From Chlamydiia bacterium (GTDB lineage Bacteria > Chlamydiota > Chlamydiia > Chlamydiales > Parachlamydiaceae): a DNA stretch of 31,243 nt. Below, in pieces: positions 8,746 to 19,236 of the stretch. The DNA lies in assembly GCA_038257035.1 (NCBI GenBank), contig JBBSJT010000013.1, forward strand, positions 1-31,243, read 5' to 3'. The notes under the pieces were generated by a model. That model ran no database searches. It was given only the letters and a program-made list of their open reading frames with translations, and was not told the origin of the DNA. Position 1 is the first letter of the stretch. Every line of letters begins with the position of its first letter. Both the position numbers and the translations under genes were made by a program.

Positions 8746-9759
8746 ATGAAAAATTCTAATTTCTGGTTTCTTGCATCCCTTGGTTTAATGGGATTTGGTA
8801 TTAAAAGACTGATTCAAGAAAAGCGAGCTTTTAATCTTAGAGGGAAAGTCATTCTTGTAACTGGTGGGTCACGCGGACTTGGATTAGTCTTATGTCGCTA
8901 CCTAGCAAAAGCTGGGGCAAAACTTGCTATCTGTGCGCGCAATAAAGAAGAAGTGAAGCGTGGCTGTGAAAATCTTGCGGCCGATGGTATTGAAGCATCA
9001 GGTTTTGTTTGCGACGTTACTGATCCAGACCAGGTCAAGATACTTATCGCAAAAATTGAGAAAAATATAGGGCCAATTGACGTACTAATCAATAATGCAG
9101 GAGTTATCAAAGTCGGGCCGTTTGACTGCATGTTGCATGAGGATTACGAGGAAGGGATGAATACTCATTTTTATGGTCCATTGAACTTGATTTTGCAAGT
9201 TCTTCCTGCTATGCGAAAACGAGGAGTTGGACGTATCGTGAACATTTCATCAATTGGTGGTAAAATTAGTGTTCCTCACTTACTCCCCTACTCTGCAAGT
9301 AAATTTGCATTGGTCGGGTTGTCAGAAGGGTTGCGCAATGAACTTGCTAAAGATGGAATTATAGTTACGACTGTATGTCCTGGACTTATGCGGACGGGAA
9401 GTTTCCCAAACGCCTCTTTTAAAGGCCAACACGAAAAAGAATATGGTTGGTTTGCAATTTCAAGCACACTACCGGGGATTTCCGTCAGTGCAGAGCGTGC
9501 TGCACGCCAAATTATACGAGGCATCAGATACGGTGAGGGGCAAGTCATTATCACACTTGTTGCAAAGCTTGCGATCCGATTTAATGCTTTATTTCCAAAC
9601 TTAACCTCGACCTTTATGAGCCTCACTAATCGCTTACTTCCAGAATCAGATGAAAACGGCACAAGTTCAAAAAAAGGTAAAGAAATCGGATCGCAATTTC
9701 CTTACTCGTTGATTCGTAAACTCAATGAAAAAACCATCATACGCAACAATGAACTTTGA
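8746..9759 (+). CDS. SDR family NAD(P)-dependent oxidoreductase
   Basis: TGGSRGLG, NNAG, NISS and YSASK motifs. Confidence 0.95.
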   Translation: MKNSNFWFLASLGLMGFGIKRLIQEKRAFNLRGKVILVTGGSRGLGLVLCRYLAKAGAKLAICARNKEEVKRGCENLAADGIEASGFVCDVTDPDQVKILIAKIEKNIGPIDVLINNAGVIKVGPFDCMLHEDYEEGMNTHFYGPLNLILQVLPAMRKRGVGRIVNISSIGGKISVPHLLPYSASKFALVGLSEGLRNELAKDGIIVTTVCPGLMRTGSFPNASFKGQHEKEYGWFAISSTLPGISVSAERAARQIIRGIRYGEGQVIITLVAKLAIRFNALFPNLTSTFMSLTNRLLPESDENGTSSKKGKEIGSQFPYSLIRKLNEKTIIRNNEL

Positions 9760-9920
9760 ATTAGCAAACACCATGATCAAAAAAAAATCCAGCCCTTTGT
9801 AGCTTTATAAAGTAGATTTTGTCATTACTAACTTCAGTATACCGCAGGGGAAGTAATATAAGCTTTGTAATTTTGAAGCCATATTGGGTATTTAAAAAAT
9901 TAATAAAGTTTTGAACCACT

Positions 9921-10841
9921 TCACTCTTCATTTATTCCTGTCCTCTTTTTATCATTTCGATGATCGGAAATGACTTCATCAATTATATGCCAACATTTAA
10001 CTGATTCGGCATTACTTGGACTCGTTAAATCAGCTGCAGTAATTAGGGCTTTCCAGAGTGCCCAAGCACGACCTCGTGCCCATGTTTCAGAATCTAAGGA
10101 AAGTGTTTTCCTAAAAGCTTCACGGCTCTTTCCATTAAATAGCGTCCATGCAATAGCAAGATCGCAGGAAGGGTCTCCAATACTAAGCTGCCCAAAATCA
10201 ATAACACCCGAAAGTTTTCCGTCTTTTACAAGCAAATTACCTGCACTGATATCTCCATGAACCCAAACCGGTGGGTTTTTCCATGTTGTGGTAACTGCAT
10301 TTTCCCATATTTCAGTTGCAATATCGACATCAATTTTACTTTTAAGAGCTAAAATTGCATTTCTCGTCTGCATATCATAATTTGTTAAAGATCCACCACG
10401 GTAAAAACTATGTAATCCAGCTGTAGGTCCATTTTTGACATCAATATTTTGTAAAGCGATAAGAAATTGTCCAAGAGATGTGGCAAAGTCGCATAAATCA
10501 ACGATGTGTCCTGTTGCGGCAGTATCGCCTTCAAGCCATGCGTATATAGACCATTTCCAAGGATAACCATTTGAAGGTATGCCCATAGCTAAAGGGACTG
10601 GAATTTGAAGAGGTAAAAGAGGAGCAAGTTTAGGCAACCACTTCTGTTCTTTTTCAACCTGTGAAGCATACCTTAAAGCACTTGGCATACGAATGAGCAT
10701 TGAGTTGCCTAAGTGAAAGGTTTTGTTATCCCAACCACTTGAGGCTACCGCAGAAATACTCAAATCTTTCCATTCCGGAAACTGATCAGCAATTAATTTA
10801 CGTACGGTTTCAATATTTATAACTATTTTATTATCATCCAC
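9921..10841 (-). CDS. Aminoglycoside phosphotransferase (APH) family protein
   Basis: SSGWDNKTFHLG, KEQKWLP, HGDISAGN, IDFG and GDPSCDL motifs. Confidence 0.93.
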   Translation of the reverse strand: MDDNKIVINIETVRKLIADQFPEWKDLSISAVASSGWDNKTFHLGNSMLIRMPSALRYASQVEKEQKWLPKLAPLLPLQIPVPLAMGIPSNGYPWKWSIYAWLEGDTAATGHIVDLCDFATSLGQFLIALQNIDVKNGPTAGLHSFYRGGSLTNYDMQTRNAILALKSKIDVDIATEIWENAVTTTWKNPPVWVHGDISAGNLLVKDGKLSGVIDFGQLSIGDPSCDLAIAWTLFNGKSREAFRKTLSLDSETWARGRAWALWKALITAADLTSPSNAESVKCWHIIDEVISDHRNDKKRTGINEE

Positions 10842-10858
10842 CGATAAACCTTAACTAA

Positions 10859-11728
10859 TCACAAAAGATTTTCAAGAATACTGCGATTTAATTGGTATAA
10901 ACTAGCATTTTTATTTGCCCAAGTTCCACGTTTAACTGTAAAGCCTATTGTAGCAATCGCTTTATTGAGGCGCAAGAAAGGAATGATGAGATTGTAATCG
11001 GGAACTTTACGCACAGTTGCATAACCTGACAAGAAAGATGCTTTGTTGTTTGGATTAATTAACCATTCTCCATGCTCTAATGAGCAAAAATCCTCTTCTG
11101 CAAAGCTTGCACGAGCACTTGCCCAATCGATGATCCCCTGCAACTTACCTTCATGGACAATTAGATTCCCGGGTCGAAAGTCCCGGTGCACAATGCAAGG
11201 TCCATCCACAAACTTTAACAAATCAACATGTGTCTCAAAATAAAGGCGACATTTTTCTATCAAATTCTTCGGTAAGTGATCCTTACACTCCTCTAAACCC
11301 TCTTCAAACTTGGCAGTAAAATAAACTCCAGCATCCTTACTTAAATTATCCTTTAGTGGATCACCATATCCTTGCAAACGGTTAAGATGGATGATTGCAA
11401 GAGAAGACCCAAGCTGATAAGCCAAAGATTCATTAAGTTCTTTTGGTTGAAGAAGATCACCTCTTAAGCATTCCATCAAGATCGCACCATGTATACCTTC
11501 GCTTGGGTTCACAACCTCTAAAATTTTTGGCACTGGTATTTTATCTGCAAAAAATTTTAGGAAATGCACTTCTCTTAAATAATCATCAACACGATCGCAT
11601 ATTTTTAAAATAAACTCCTTGCCATCGGACTTAAGTATTTTATAGACAACAGCGACCATTGCATCTTCATGATCAATTCGTGAAAAATTAGCAGTCTGAA
11701 GATTTAGAATTTTTTGGTAAGGAGTCAT
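10859..11728 (-). CDS. Aminoglycoside phosphotransferase (APH) family protein
   Basis: FILK...RE, IPVPKI, HRDFRPGN and IIDW motifs. Confidence 0.9.
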   Translation of the reverse strand: MTPYQKILNLQTANFSRIDHEDAMVAVVYKILKSDGKEFILKICDRVDDYLREVHFLKFFADKIPVPKILEVVNPSEGIHGAILMECLRGDLLQPKELNESLAYQLGSSLAIIHLNRLQGYGDPLKDNLSKDAGVYFTAKFEEGLEECKDHLPKNLIEKCRLYFETHVDLLKFVDGPCIVHRDFRPGNLIVHEGKLQGIIDWASARASFAEEDFCSLEHGEWLINPNNKASFLSGYATVRKVPDYNLIIPFLRLNKAIATIGFTVKRGTWANKNASLYQLNRSILENLL

Positions 11729-12285
11729 TTATTCACCTCATACTTCAATTGTACTAGACCGCTAGGATAAGCCTGCGAACTCACTAAACGACATGAATTT
11801 TCTCTATTCATAACGCTAAATAATGGGATTCCTGACCCGAGAATGGTAGAAATTATCGAGATTGTAATTTCATCCACTAACCCTAATTCAATGAATTTTG
11901 AGGAAGTAATTCCTCCGTCAACCCATATGTGCCTGACATTTTCAGATTTAAGTTTCACTAGAAGATCGGGTAACTCTCCACTATACAACTCAGTTTCTTT
12001 TCTAACTTCGTTTAAAGTTTTGCTAAGAACGATGACTCTTTTTTCTTTATATGGCCATTCGTCAAAACTAGAAACAAATTGGTAGGTATTTCTCCCAAGA
12101 ATCAAAACATCAATGCTATCTATGAATTTCTTAAAACCATAATCTTCATCACCTGTATGGCCGTGTTGCAGCCAATCTAAATTGCCATCCTTACGCGCAA
12201 TATAGCCATCAATACTTGTTGCAATATAAACAGAAACTTTAGGACGTGAAGTCGATAAATTATCGTCAATTATTTTGTTATTCAT
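11725..12285 (-). CDS. Dihydrofolate reductase family / RibD C-terminal domain protein
   Basis: IATSIDGYIA, LGRNTY, WVDGG, VDEI and LGSGIPLF motifs. Confidence 0.93.
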   Translation of the reverse strand: MNNKIIDDNLSTSRPKVSVYIATSIDGYIARKDGNLDWLQHGHTGDEDYGFKKFIDSIDVLILGRNTYQFVSSFDEWPYKEKRVIVLSKTLNEVRKETELYSGELPDLLVKLKSENVRHIWVDGGITSSKFIELGLVDEITISIISTILGSGIPLFSVMNRENSCRLVSSQAYPSGLVQLKYEVNK

Positions 12286-12826
12286 CTTTTACCCATTCAT
12301 TAATTCCAATCCTATAAAGAACGTGCCTGCTTAGTTTATGTTCGTTAGAAAGCTTAGGATGGTTAAAATCATCTTTAGGATCATGATGCATTCCAATACG
12401 TTCCATAACTGCCTGTGATCTAATATTAGAAACAGAAGTAAATGAGATAATTTCCGGTAACTTTAAAACTTTAAATCCATAATCTAAAGATGCAATAGCT
12501 CCTTCTGTAGCATACCCTTTACCCCAATAGTCAAACTTAAGCCTCCACGCTACTTCAATAGCAGGTGTGAACGGGGCCGGGAAATCAATATACCTTAAGC
12601 CTATAAAACCAATAAATTTTGTTTTATCTTTCTCTGAAACTGCCCACCAGCCATACCCATGTGTCTTAAAATGCTCTTGAATAGATTCATATTCCTTAAC
12701 AGTTTCTTTAAAAGTTCTTATGGAGGGAAAATGTTCCATTACGCGTGTATCTGCATTAAGTTCTGCAAAGGTTTGAAGATCACCTTCGTGCCAAGGACGT
12801 AAAATGAGCCGGTCGGTTTTTATCAT
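12278..12826 (-). CDS. GNAT N-acetyltransferase (RimJ/RimL family)
   Basis: TDRLILRPW, FIGFIG, EVAWRL, WGKGYATE and NIRSQAVMERIGM motifs. Confidence 0.95.
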   Translation of the reverse strand: MIKTDRLILRPWHEGDLQTFAELNADTRVMEHFPSIRTFKETVKEYESIQEHFKTHGYGWWAVSEKDKTKFIGFIGLRYIDFPAPFTPAIEVAWRLKFDYWGKGYATEGAIASLDYGFKVLKLPEIISFTSVSNIRSQAVMERIGMHHDPKDDFNHPKLSNEHKLSRHVLYRIGINEWVKDE

Positions 12827-13123
12827 TGTTTATCCAAGTATATGAGTTTTTTATGTTATGCGTTTCAAAGACTAACATTGTGGAAAAACGGTCTCTCAAT
12901 TAGAAAACTTAAAAAAAATTTACTTTTACTTATATCGATCATTCAAGATTAATTTTTTTTAATAAAAAAATGGACCAAAACTTACATATTAGCTTTAAGT
13001 AGCAAAAGAATTTTTATTAAAATTCTTGATGGAAATACATTTCAAACGAACTTATCAGAATATACACTTTGACTAAATTTATATCTAGCCAATTTGTTGC
13101 ATCCAATTTGATAATTTTTAATA

Positions 13124-13220
13124 AAACGTTCCTATCTAAATAAGAAATGAAAAGCGCCCTTTCGTAAATTTAATAATATTATTGCTTGATAAATTAGCTT
13201 TTTAGGTGGTTGGAACGTTT
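13124..13220. repeat. Imperfect inverted repeat (~97 bp)
   Basis: AAACGTTCC-TATCTAAA pairs with TTTAGGTG-GTT-GGAACGTTT. Confidence 0.55.
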
Positions 13221-13262
13221 GGGACGGTTCTCTCACCTAACTTAGCTAACAATTTAGAGTTG
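13219..13262 (+). repeat. Left-end fragment of the type A palindromic element
   Basis: GGGACGGTTCTC is identical to 721-732, followed by weaker similarity. Confidence 0.5.
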
Positions 13263-13338
13263 TCTTATTTGATCATTTGAAGTATGATCCCCATTAAATA
13301 ATTTAATTTCATAAATTATATGCTACATCGGAGTACAA

Positions 13339-14043
13339 ATGTTTAGATATATTTTAAATAAATTCGTGGTCTTCAACATATTCATTTCTATCCTTCACAT
13401 AGACTTGTATGCTGAACAAATAAACCCTACTAAACAAGAGATGTGGGACAATATGTCCATAGAAGTTGAGGGTTGGATTGATGGAATAGGCTGTTCCATA
13501 GATCCAGAGATTAAAGATACAGTTATAGCTTTGAATCTGATGGGAATAGAGACCAGAGCTTCATGCGAGGGACATTTAGACCACGGTTTATCATATCCCT
13601 GGATAGATATCCAAATTGATTCGTCGGAATTAAAAAAAATAACAGATGTATTTTCAGACATTAAAGAACAGATTAGCACTGAAGAAATATTGCTAAAAAC
13701 AAAATTCCCTAATCTTTCTTACAATGATTTTTTTTATATCCCAGAGGGCGAAAATCTAAAAAATCTTTATAGGAAGTATCGGTTAATTACAGATTCGATT
13801 ACTCAAATCGAAATCAAATGTGCGGAGCCATTAAACCAACTTCTTAACCAATTTTATGAAAATCGTATGACTTCTTATGATAAAACATTGATTATTCCAC
13901 GGGATTCTCTTGTTCGTCTACGCAGTATCGGAGCAGATAGACAAGAAATTAGATCAGCAGAGCAGCAACTCCACTATTTAAATGAATATCGAGAAGAAAT
14001 GAAAGCTTTTACCCTTTTTTTGAAACATAAATTTTTGAATTAA
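13339..14043 (+). CDS. Exported hypothetical protein with an ID...LN..GI.T.ASCEGH motif
   Basis: 234 aa ORF with GGAG RBS and hydrophobic leader. Confidence 0.8.
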   Translation: MFRYILNKFVVFNIFISILHIDLYAEQINPTKQEMWDNMSIEVEGWIDGIGCSIDPEIKDTVIALNLMGIETRASCEGHLDHGLSYPWIDIQIDSSELKKITDVFSDIKEQISTEEILLKTKFPNLSYNDFFYIPEGENLKNLYRKYRLITDSITQIEIKCAEPLNQLLNQFYENRMTSYDKTLIIPRDSLVRLRSIGADRQEIRSAEQQLHYLNEYREEMKAFTLFLKHKFLN

Positions 14044-14191
14044 ACTTTAAGGTCAGTATTTCTAGATCAAGACTAGCTTTATACGGAGATTCCTTAGATG
14101 ACTTTCTAAGTAAATTTAAAGAGGGTTTTCGATCATAAAAATATCTTTCATCTATTTTGGATGCTACCGCACCATTTTTTCTGATAACAAA

Positions 14192-14734
14192 CTATTTTTT
14201 GATATTGGCAAATTTAGTAAGAAGACAAAGAAATAGTCCCCAGCTGATTCCAATTATGATCCAAGTTTGGAAAATTGGATATGGAAAAGTTAATCCTCCA
14301 AGAGAAACACCCGCAACATAGCTGAAAGGGGCTAAAAGAAACCCGAATAGAAAAGATACTAAGCAATTTTTTTTAATTATTTTTAATGAGTGATTTATCA
14401 GAAGTGAGAATAATGGGTAAAGCAAAACAATCCAAATAGGAGGGAACATCTTGGCATTATTGGCATATTGAACAATGTTTATTTGAATAAAAAACATTTC
14501 TAAAAGTAATCCTAGAGGAATGCTCAACAAACTTAAGATTAAGTCTTGGATAAACAAACCTACATCTTTAATTTTAGTACAATAAAGCTGAAGTATAATT
14601 AAAAAAATAGCCCCGCTTGACGCTATAATGTAGTGACCATTAATACCAAAAAGGACACACCAAAACCAACCTGCTGAGTAACAAAGGCTGTTAAGTATAG
14701 ATAGATTCATCGATAGACCTTTATCAAAACCCAT
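14192..14734 (-). CDS. DUF2878 membrane protein
   Basis: N...Y.AGWF..V, PPIWIVLLYPLF...NHSL, APFSYVAGVSLG. Confidence 0.85.
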   Translation of the reverse strand: MGFDKGLSMNLSILNSLCYSAGWFWCVLFGINGHYIIASSGAIFLIILQLYCTKIKDVGLFIQDLILSLLSIPLGLLLEMFFIQINIVQYANNAKMFPPIWIVLLYPLFSLLINHSLKIIKKNCLVSFLFGFLLAPFSYVAGVSLGGLTFPYPIFQTWIIIGISWGLFLCLLTKFANIKK

Positions 14735-16192
14735 TTATTTGGTTTCTCCTGCGAGAGCCCTTGCCATTTTTTTAAAAATGAAGAAATGAAAAGGGAAAAG
14801 AGCATACCAATAGGCGCGACCAAAGAGTCCCCTTGGCCTAAATGTCGCTGTTTGAACAAGAAAAAACTCATGATTTTTTTCCTCAATCTTATATTGAAGC
14901 CAAGCTTCGCCAGGCACTTTCATACCGGCATAAAGAATTAAATGACCTGTATCTTTATCAGCAAATATGACCCTCCAAAAATCGATCGAATCCCCTACTT
15001 GGATCTCGGAAGGGTGCCGTCTTCCTCTATTCAGACCGACTCCCCCAATCATTTTATCCAGTAACCCTCGTAAATTCCAAGCCCAGTTCAAAGCATAATA
15101 ACCGGTCTCTCCACCAATACTCCAAACCCTTTCGATTGTAGCGCCTTTTGAATCTTTGATCAAAATTCTTCTTTCATCTTTTAAACATCCTTTATCAGGG
15201 ACTTCGATAAAATTTTCTATGTTTGGGTCAGTTCCATGGATTTCCCAGGAATCCATCCAACTGGAGACAACCTCATTTTGTGAGATCGATTGAAAGGCTA
15301 ACTCAAGAGCTTGATTGTAGGTCAAGGAAAGATGGGGGATAATTTTTTTGATTTCATCTAAACGTACCACAGTGCTTGTTTTCATGCTTTCGACTAAATA
15401 AAAGCAAAGCGAATAGCGGACGGATGTAATAAAAACTAACCAATAGCTTGATAAACGAGGAGTAAGAATAGGAAAAAAAACAGGAACACTTATTATCCAT
15501 CTTTTAAGATTTCGAAATTTTGAATATCTAAGCATCACCTCTTTAAAAGTAAAGCTTTCCGGCCCTCCAATGTCAAAAGTTTTATTCATACATTTTTCAT
15601 TGAGAAGTACGTTTGATAAGTAAAATAGGACATCAACAATCGCTATTGGTTGACACAATGTGCTGACCCACTTCGGAACAATCATTATAGGTAACTTTTC
15701 GCATAGATCCCTTATGATTTCAAAAGATGCACTTCCTGCCCCAATAATGATGCTCGCACGCAAAACAGTGTAAGGAATACCGCTATCTTTTAAAGCCTTT
15801 TCAACTAATAATCGGGATTTAAGATGTGGTGATAACCTTTTTTCATCATTTACAATTGCTCCTAAATAAATAATTTGCTTTATTTTAGTTTTTTTTACAC
15901 CTTTTAGAAACTGTTCTACTATCTCCATTTCAGTTTTGACCAAATTACCGACGATATCGGACATAGAGTGGACAAGGTAATAAGCTGCCTCAATATCTTC
16001 CGGAATTTTTTTTAAAATTTCTGAATTTCTTAAATCTCCAAAAATATAGTGAAGATTGGGCATCTCTTCAGCAAAAACTTGTGTACCCTTAATGCGGCAC
16101 AAAGCATAAATTTCATGACCTTGTTTCAAGAGATCAATGATCAGTCTTTTTCCAACAAACCCATTAGCTCCTGTAACCAAAATCTTGCTCAT
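14735..16192 (-). CDS. ybjT: NAD(P)-binding SDR + DUF2867 protein (YbjT-like)
   Basis: TGANGFVG, YYLVHSM, HLKSR, GSASFEI, IDFWRV, MKVPGEAWL, GRAYWY. Confidence 0.9.
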   Translation of the reverse strand: MSKILVTGANGFVGKRLIIDLLKQGHEIYALCRIKGTQVFAEEMPNLHYIFGDLRNSEILKKIPEDIEAAYYLVHSMSDIVGNLVKTEMEIVEQFLKGVKKTKIKQIIYLGAIVNDEKRLSPHLKSRLLVEKALKDSGIPYTVLRASIIIGAGSASFEIIRDLCEKLPIMIVPKWVSTLCQPIAIVDVLFYLSNVLLNEKCMNKTFDIGGPESFTFKEVMLRYSKFRNLKRWIISVPVFFPILTPRLSSYWLVFITSVRYSLCFYLVESMKTSTVVRLDEIKKIIPHLSLTYNQALELAFQSISQNEVVSSWMDSWEIHGTDPNIENFIEVPDKGCLKDERRILIKDSKGATIERVWSIGGETGYYALNWAWNLRGLLDKMIGGVGLNRGRRHPSEIQVGDSIDFWRVIFADKDTGHLILYAGMKVPGEAWLQYKIEEKNHEFFLVQTATFRPRGLFGRAYWYALFPFHFFIFKKMARALAGETK

Positions 16193-16240
16193 CGATCACT
16201 CCTATTTCTACCATTACTTCATTTCAGCTTAAAAGACCTT

Positions 16241-17317
16241 TTAAAACTTGTGCTTACAAATCGCTCTGTAAAAGAAGATAACTAACGTAATTAATGTTAA
16301 TGGAATCACAAACCAGATCATAATCATGCTTACCATAGGTAAAGAATCGTGATCTTTAGCTGCCATTATCAAATAACTAGTATAAGCCACATAATACCCT
16401 AAAAACAGAAATCCTTCCCATCTTGAAATTTTATGCCCAGTAAAAAAAATTGGAAGGCAAGCTACGCAAGCTGCTATTGCCACGGGCAAATCAAATCGTA
16501 AAACAGAAGGAGCAACAGTTATTCCATCCGGCGCTAGTAATCCTGCCACCCCCACAATACCAAGAATATTAAAAATATTACTTCCGACAACATTTCCAAC
16601 TGCAATATCTCTTTGTCCGCGGATCGTTGCAACCACTGAGGTGGCGACTTCTGGAAGTGAAGTGCCTGCAGCAACGATGGTCATCCCTATAACAAGCTCA
16701 CTGACTCCCCATGACCTGGCTAAAATCACAGCACTATCCACCAACCAACCTGCGCCTAACACACACAAAATTAATCCTAGTACAATTAGCCCGATCTGCT
16801 TCCATATAAATACCGCATTACCATTCGATTTTTCTGAAAAAGCCTCTTGGTACTCATTTGCTATGGTTTCAGCTTCTCGGCGACCCTTAATTATTGCAAA
16901 AATTGTGTAGCTTACAATACCCATGACTAAGATGAGAGCGTTTAACCTATTTATCTTGCCATCAAAAGAGAGTGCAAAAAGTAATAAGCTTGCCGCTATC
17001 ATTATAGGCACCTCATACCAAATGAGTTGCTGAGATATCTTAAGGGGCGAAACAATTGCGCAAATCCCTAAAATAAATAGGATATTAAAAATGGTGCTAC
17101 CAACATTCGTGCCAATGACTATGTCCGGATGATTTGCTAGTGCGGCTTTCACGCTCACTGCCATTTCAGGTGAGCTTGTTCCAAACGCGACAATTGTTAA
17201 ACCGACAACTAAGGGAGAAATACCGATTGCTAACCCCAAACGCGAGGCTCCACGAACAAGTAATTCCGCTCCTGCCACCAAAAAAGCTAAACCTAGGAAC
17301 AACATTACGAACGTCAT
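16241..17317 (-). CDS. yrbG: Calcium/sodium antiporter (YrbG, CaCA family)
   Basis: Alpha repeats AFGTSSPE and AAGTSLPE; GNVVGSNIFN. Confidence 0.95.
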   Translation of the reverse strand: MTFVMLFLGLAFLVAGAELLVRGASRLGLAIGISPLVVGLTIVAFGTSSPEMAVSVKAALANHPDIVIGTNVGSTIFNILFILGICAIVSPLKISQQLIWYEVPIMIAASLLLFALSFDGKINRLNALILVMGIVSYTIFAIIKGRREAETIANEYQEAFSEKSNGNAVFIWKQIGLIVLGLILCVLGAGWLVDSAVILARSWGVSELVIGMTIVAAGTSLPEVATSVVATIRGQRDIAVGNVVGSNIFNILGIVGVAGLLAPDGITVAPSVLRFDLPVAIAACVACLPIFFTGHKISRWEGFLFLGYYVAYTSYLIMAAKDHDSLPMVSMIMIWFVIPLTLITLVIFFYRAICKHKF

Positions 17318-17398
17318 GATTTAACTCCAATAAGTTTTTTCACTTTAAGGGGGATCATTAACAAGATTGGAGTTGGCATTTTTATCATTGATGAGTCT

Positions 17399-18001
17399 CT
17401 ATAATTTAATTTTTGATACATCTTTAATTTCTAACATTATTTCATTTCGGCGTAAAAAAGGAAGTGTCCATGGTGGATTATAAAAGGCAAGAATAGGCTC
17501 TCCAATTGGCTTCATTTTATTAGATATAATATATGCTTTAAGTTCATCTGTATGCCGCTTAATATTTTCATCATCAGCAAGACCTGTAAATCGAATAACC
17601 GCAAAACGAGTAGCCGGCAATTGAATTAAAATGACCTCTTTAAAATTTGGTTTTGGAAGAGTTTCAAGGCTATATTTTTTTGGCATAACAAATCTGACTT
17701 TCCATTTATCCATATGCTGCTGCTGTAGCACAGGTGCAGTCATCTCCATTTTTTGGGTAGGTTTGTTATTTCCAAAAATATAATCTGCCAAAATTTTAAA
17801 CCCTTCAGTAATGGCTTGTTTTCTTTGGCCCAAAACTTCAACTTCAGCTATAATTATAGAAGGATAGTCGCGAATTTCGATATTCTCATCTGATGTAACC
17901 AGTGTATAATCGGGTTGTTCAACATTACTCATGATGTTACCTACTAGTACGCTTAAAATGATGATTCCAACGAAGATTACTATTAATTTTTTCAAAGCCA
18001 A
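17399..18001 (-). CDS. SOUL heme-binding protein
   Basis: EQPDY, EIRDY, GFKILADYIFGNN, MTAPV, FVMP, YNPPWTLPFLRRNE. Confidence 0.93.
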   Translation of the reverse strand: MALKKLIVIFVGIIILSVLVGNIMSNVEQPDYTLVTSDENIEIRDYPSIIIAEVEVLGQRKQAITEGFKILADYIFGNNKPTQKMEMTAPVLQQQHMDKWKVRFVMPKKYSLETLPKPNFKEVILIQLPATRFAVIRFTGLADDENIKRHTDELKAYIISNKMKPIGEPILAFYNPPWTLPFLRRNEIMLEIKDVSKIKL

Positions 18002-18128
18002 ATACCTATTGATAAGTTCTTAAATGACACATCTTGCACTATGACATGAGGTATACAATAATCTTAAAAAACCGGTTATAGCATAATGAAGAAGATTAGG
18101 CAAGTCACTTAAAAGACCAGCTCTCATA

Positions 18129-18860
18129 TTAGCGAAATTCATCTCGCTTGCCGGGAACAAGCCACCATACGCTAACCAACTTTGCGATGATAACAGCAAC
18201 AAATAACTGTCCGAACATTGCTTCTAGGGCGGTGAGGGATTTTGCTAAATGGCTAAGAGGCGTAATGTCTCCCATTCCCAAGGTGGCCAAAGTTGCGTAG
18301 CTATAATATAAAAAATTAAACTGTTGTTCATAAGCATTATGTAGAGTCGTGCTATCAAAATTCAATATCCCTGCTCCATGGAAACTTCCGGGATTCAACA
18401 TATTCTCGATGAAATAAAAATTTGCCCATAGTATGCCTGATAGTAGGTACACCATTAATGCTCCGAAGATAAGATAAGCATTGACAAGGCCTGCATATAA
18501 GATTTTTCTCATTAAAACGACAATAGCAAGTAACGTAAAAGCCAAAGAAAATCCATATGCAATAATCATATAAGGCAAAGAATGATTAAGAAAACTTAAT
18601 GAATCAAAATAAATGAATGGGATCAGAAAAAAAAGTCCCTTAATCAAAAATGATCGTTGACCATCGATTGCGTAAACGGAAGAGAGAATCAATAGAATAA
18701 AACTGCATTGAAGAAGTGAATGGGTATAGAAATTTTTTTCAAATATAGGAACGATAAAAAAAATAGCTATAACGGCTAAAAATGCTCCAAAAAATCCCCC
18801 AACATGCCAGTTGCTTGTTTTATTACTATTAATGTTATATTCTTCTGTTTTAGTCTCCAT
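18129..18860 (-). CDS. Potassium channel family protein (Ion_trans_2)
   Basis: FLYYSYATLATLGMGDITP pore region and EAMFGQLFVAVIIAKLV; ATG at 18860 with AAGGAG RBS. Confidence 0.88.
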   Translation of the reverse strand: METKTEEYNINSNKTSNWHVGGFFGAFLAVIAIFFIVPIFEKNFYTHSLLQCSFILLILSSVYAIDGQRSFLIKGLFFLIPFIYFDSLSFLNHSLPYMIIAYGFSLAFTLLAIVVLMRKILYAGLVNAYLIFGALMVYLLSGILWANFYFIENMLNPGSFHGAGILNFDSTTLHNAYEQQFNFLYYSYATLATLGMGDITPLSHLAKSLTALEAMFGQLFVAVIIAKLVSVWWLVPGKRDEFR

Positions 18861-19108
18861 ATTACTCCTTTTGTCCATTATATTGGTAAATGCAATAAGT
18901 CTCGCTAATTGCAAAGCTAATTATAGCAATCGTCTTATTTAAAGATAAGAAAGAAAATCGTTTGAGGCTATTTCTCAAACATTTGTATAATCAAGCAAAA
19001 ATTTTTTCTTCATTTACTTTAAAATAAAGGCATTCAGGCATTCTTTTGATTCCATCCTTCTTTTTGGCATCTCAAAAATCAGTTTTATATCTTATTGAAA
19101 AAGCATAA

Positions 19109-19137
19109 TTGACTTTAAGAAGGCGACAAGATACGCT
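19109..19137 (+). promoter_or_regulatory. Sigma70-type promoter
   Basis: TTGACT-N17-TACGCT. Confidence 0.5.
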
Positions 19138-19236
19138 AATTTTTTACTTTTATTGCTACCGCTCTCGCCGGTTATCAATGATGATCACGAACAAACTTTA
19201 TTAAAAAATCGACCTCACTTTAGGATAAAAAAACAA

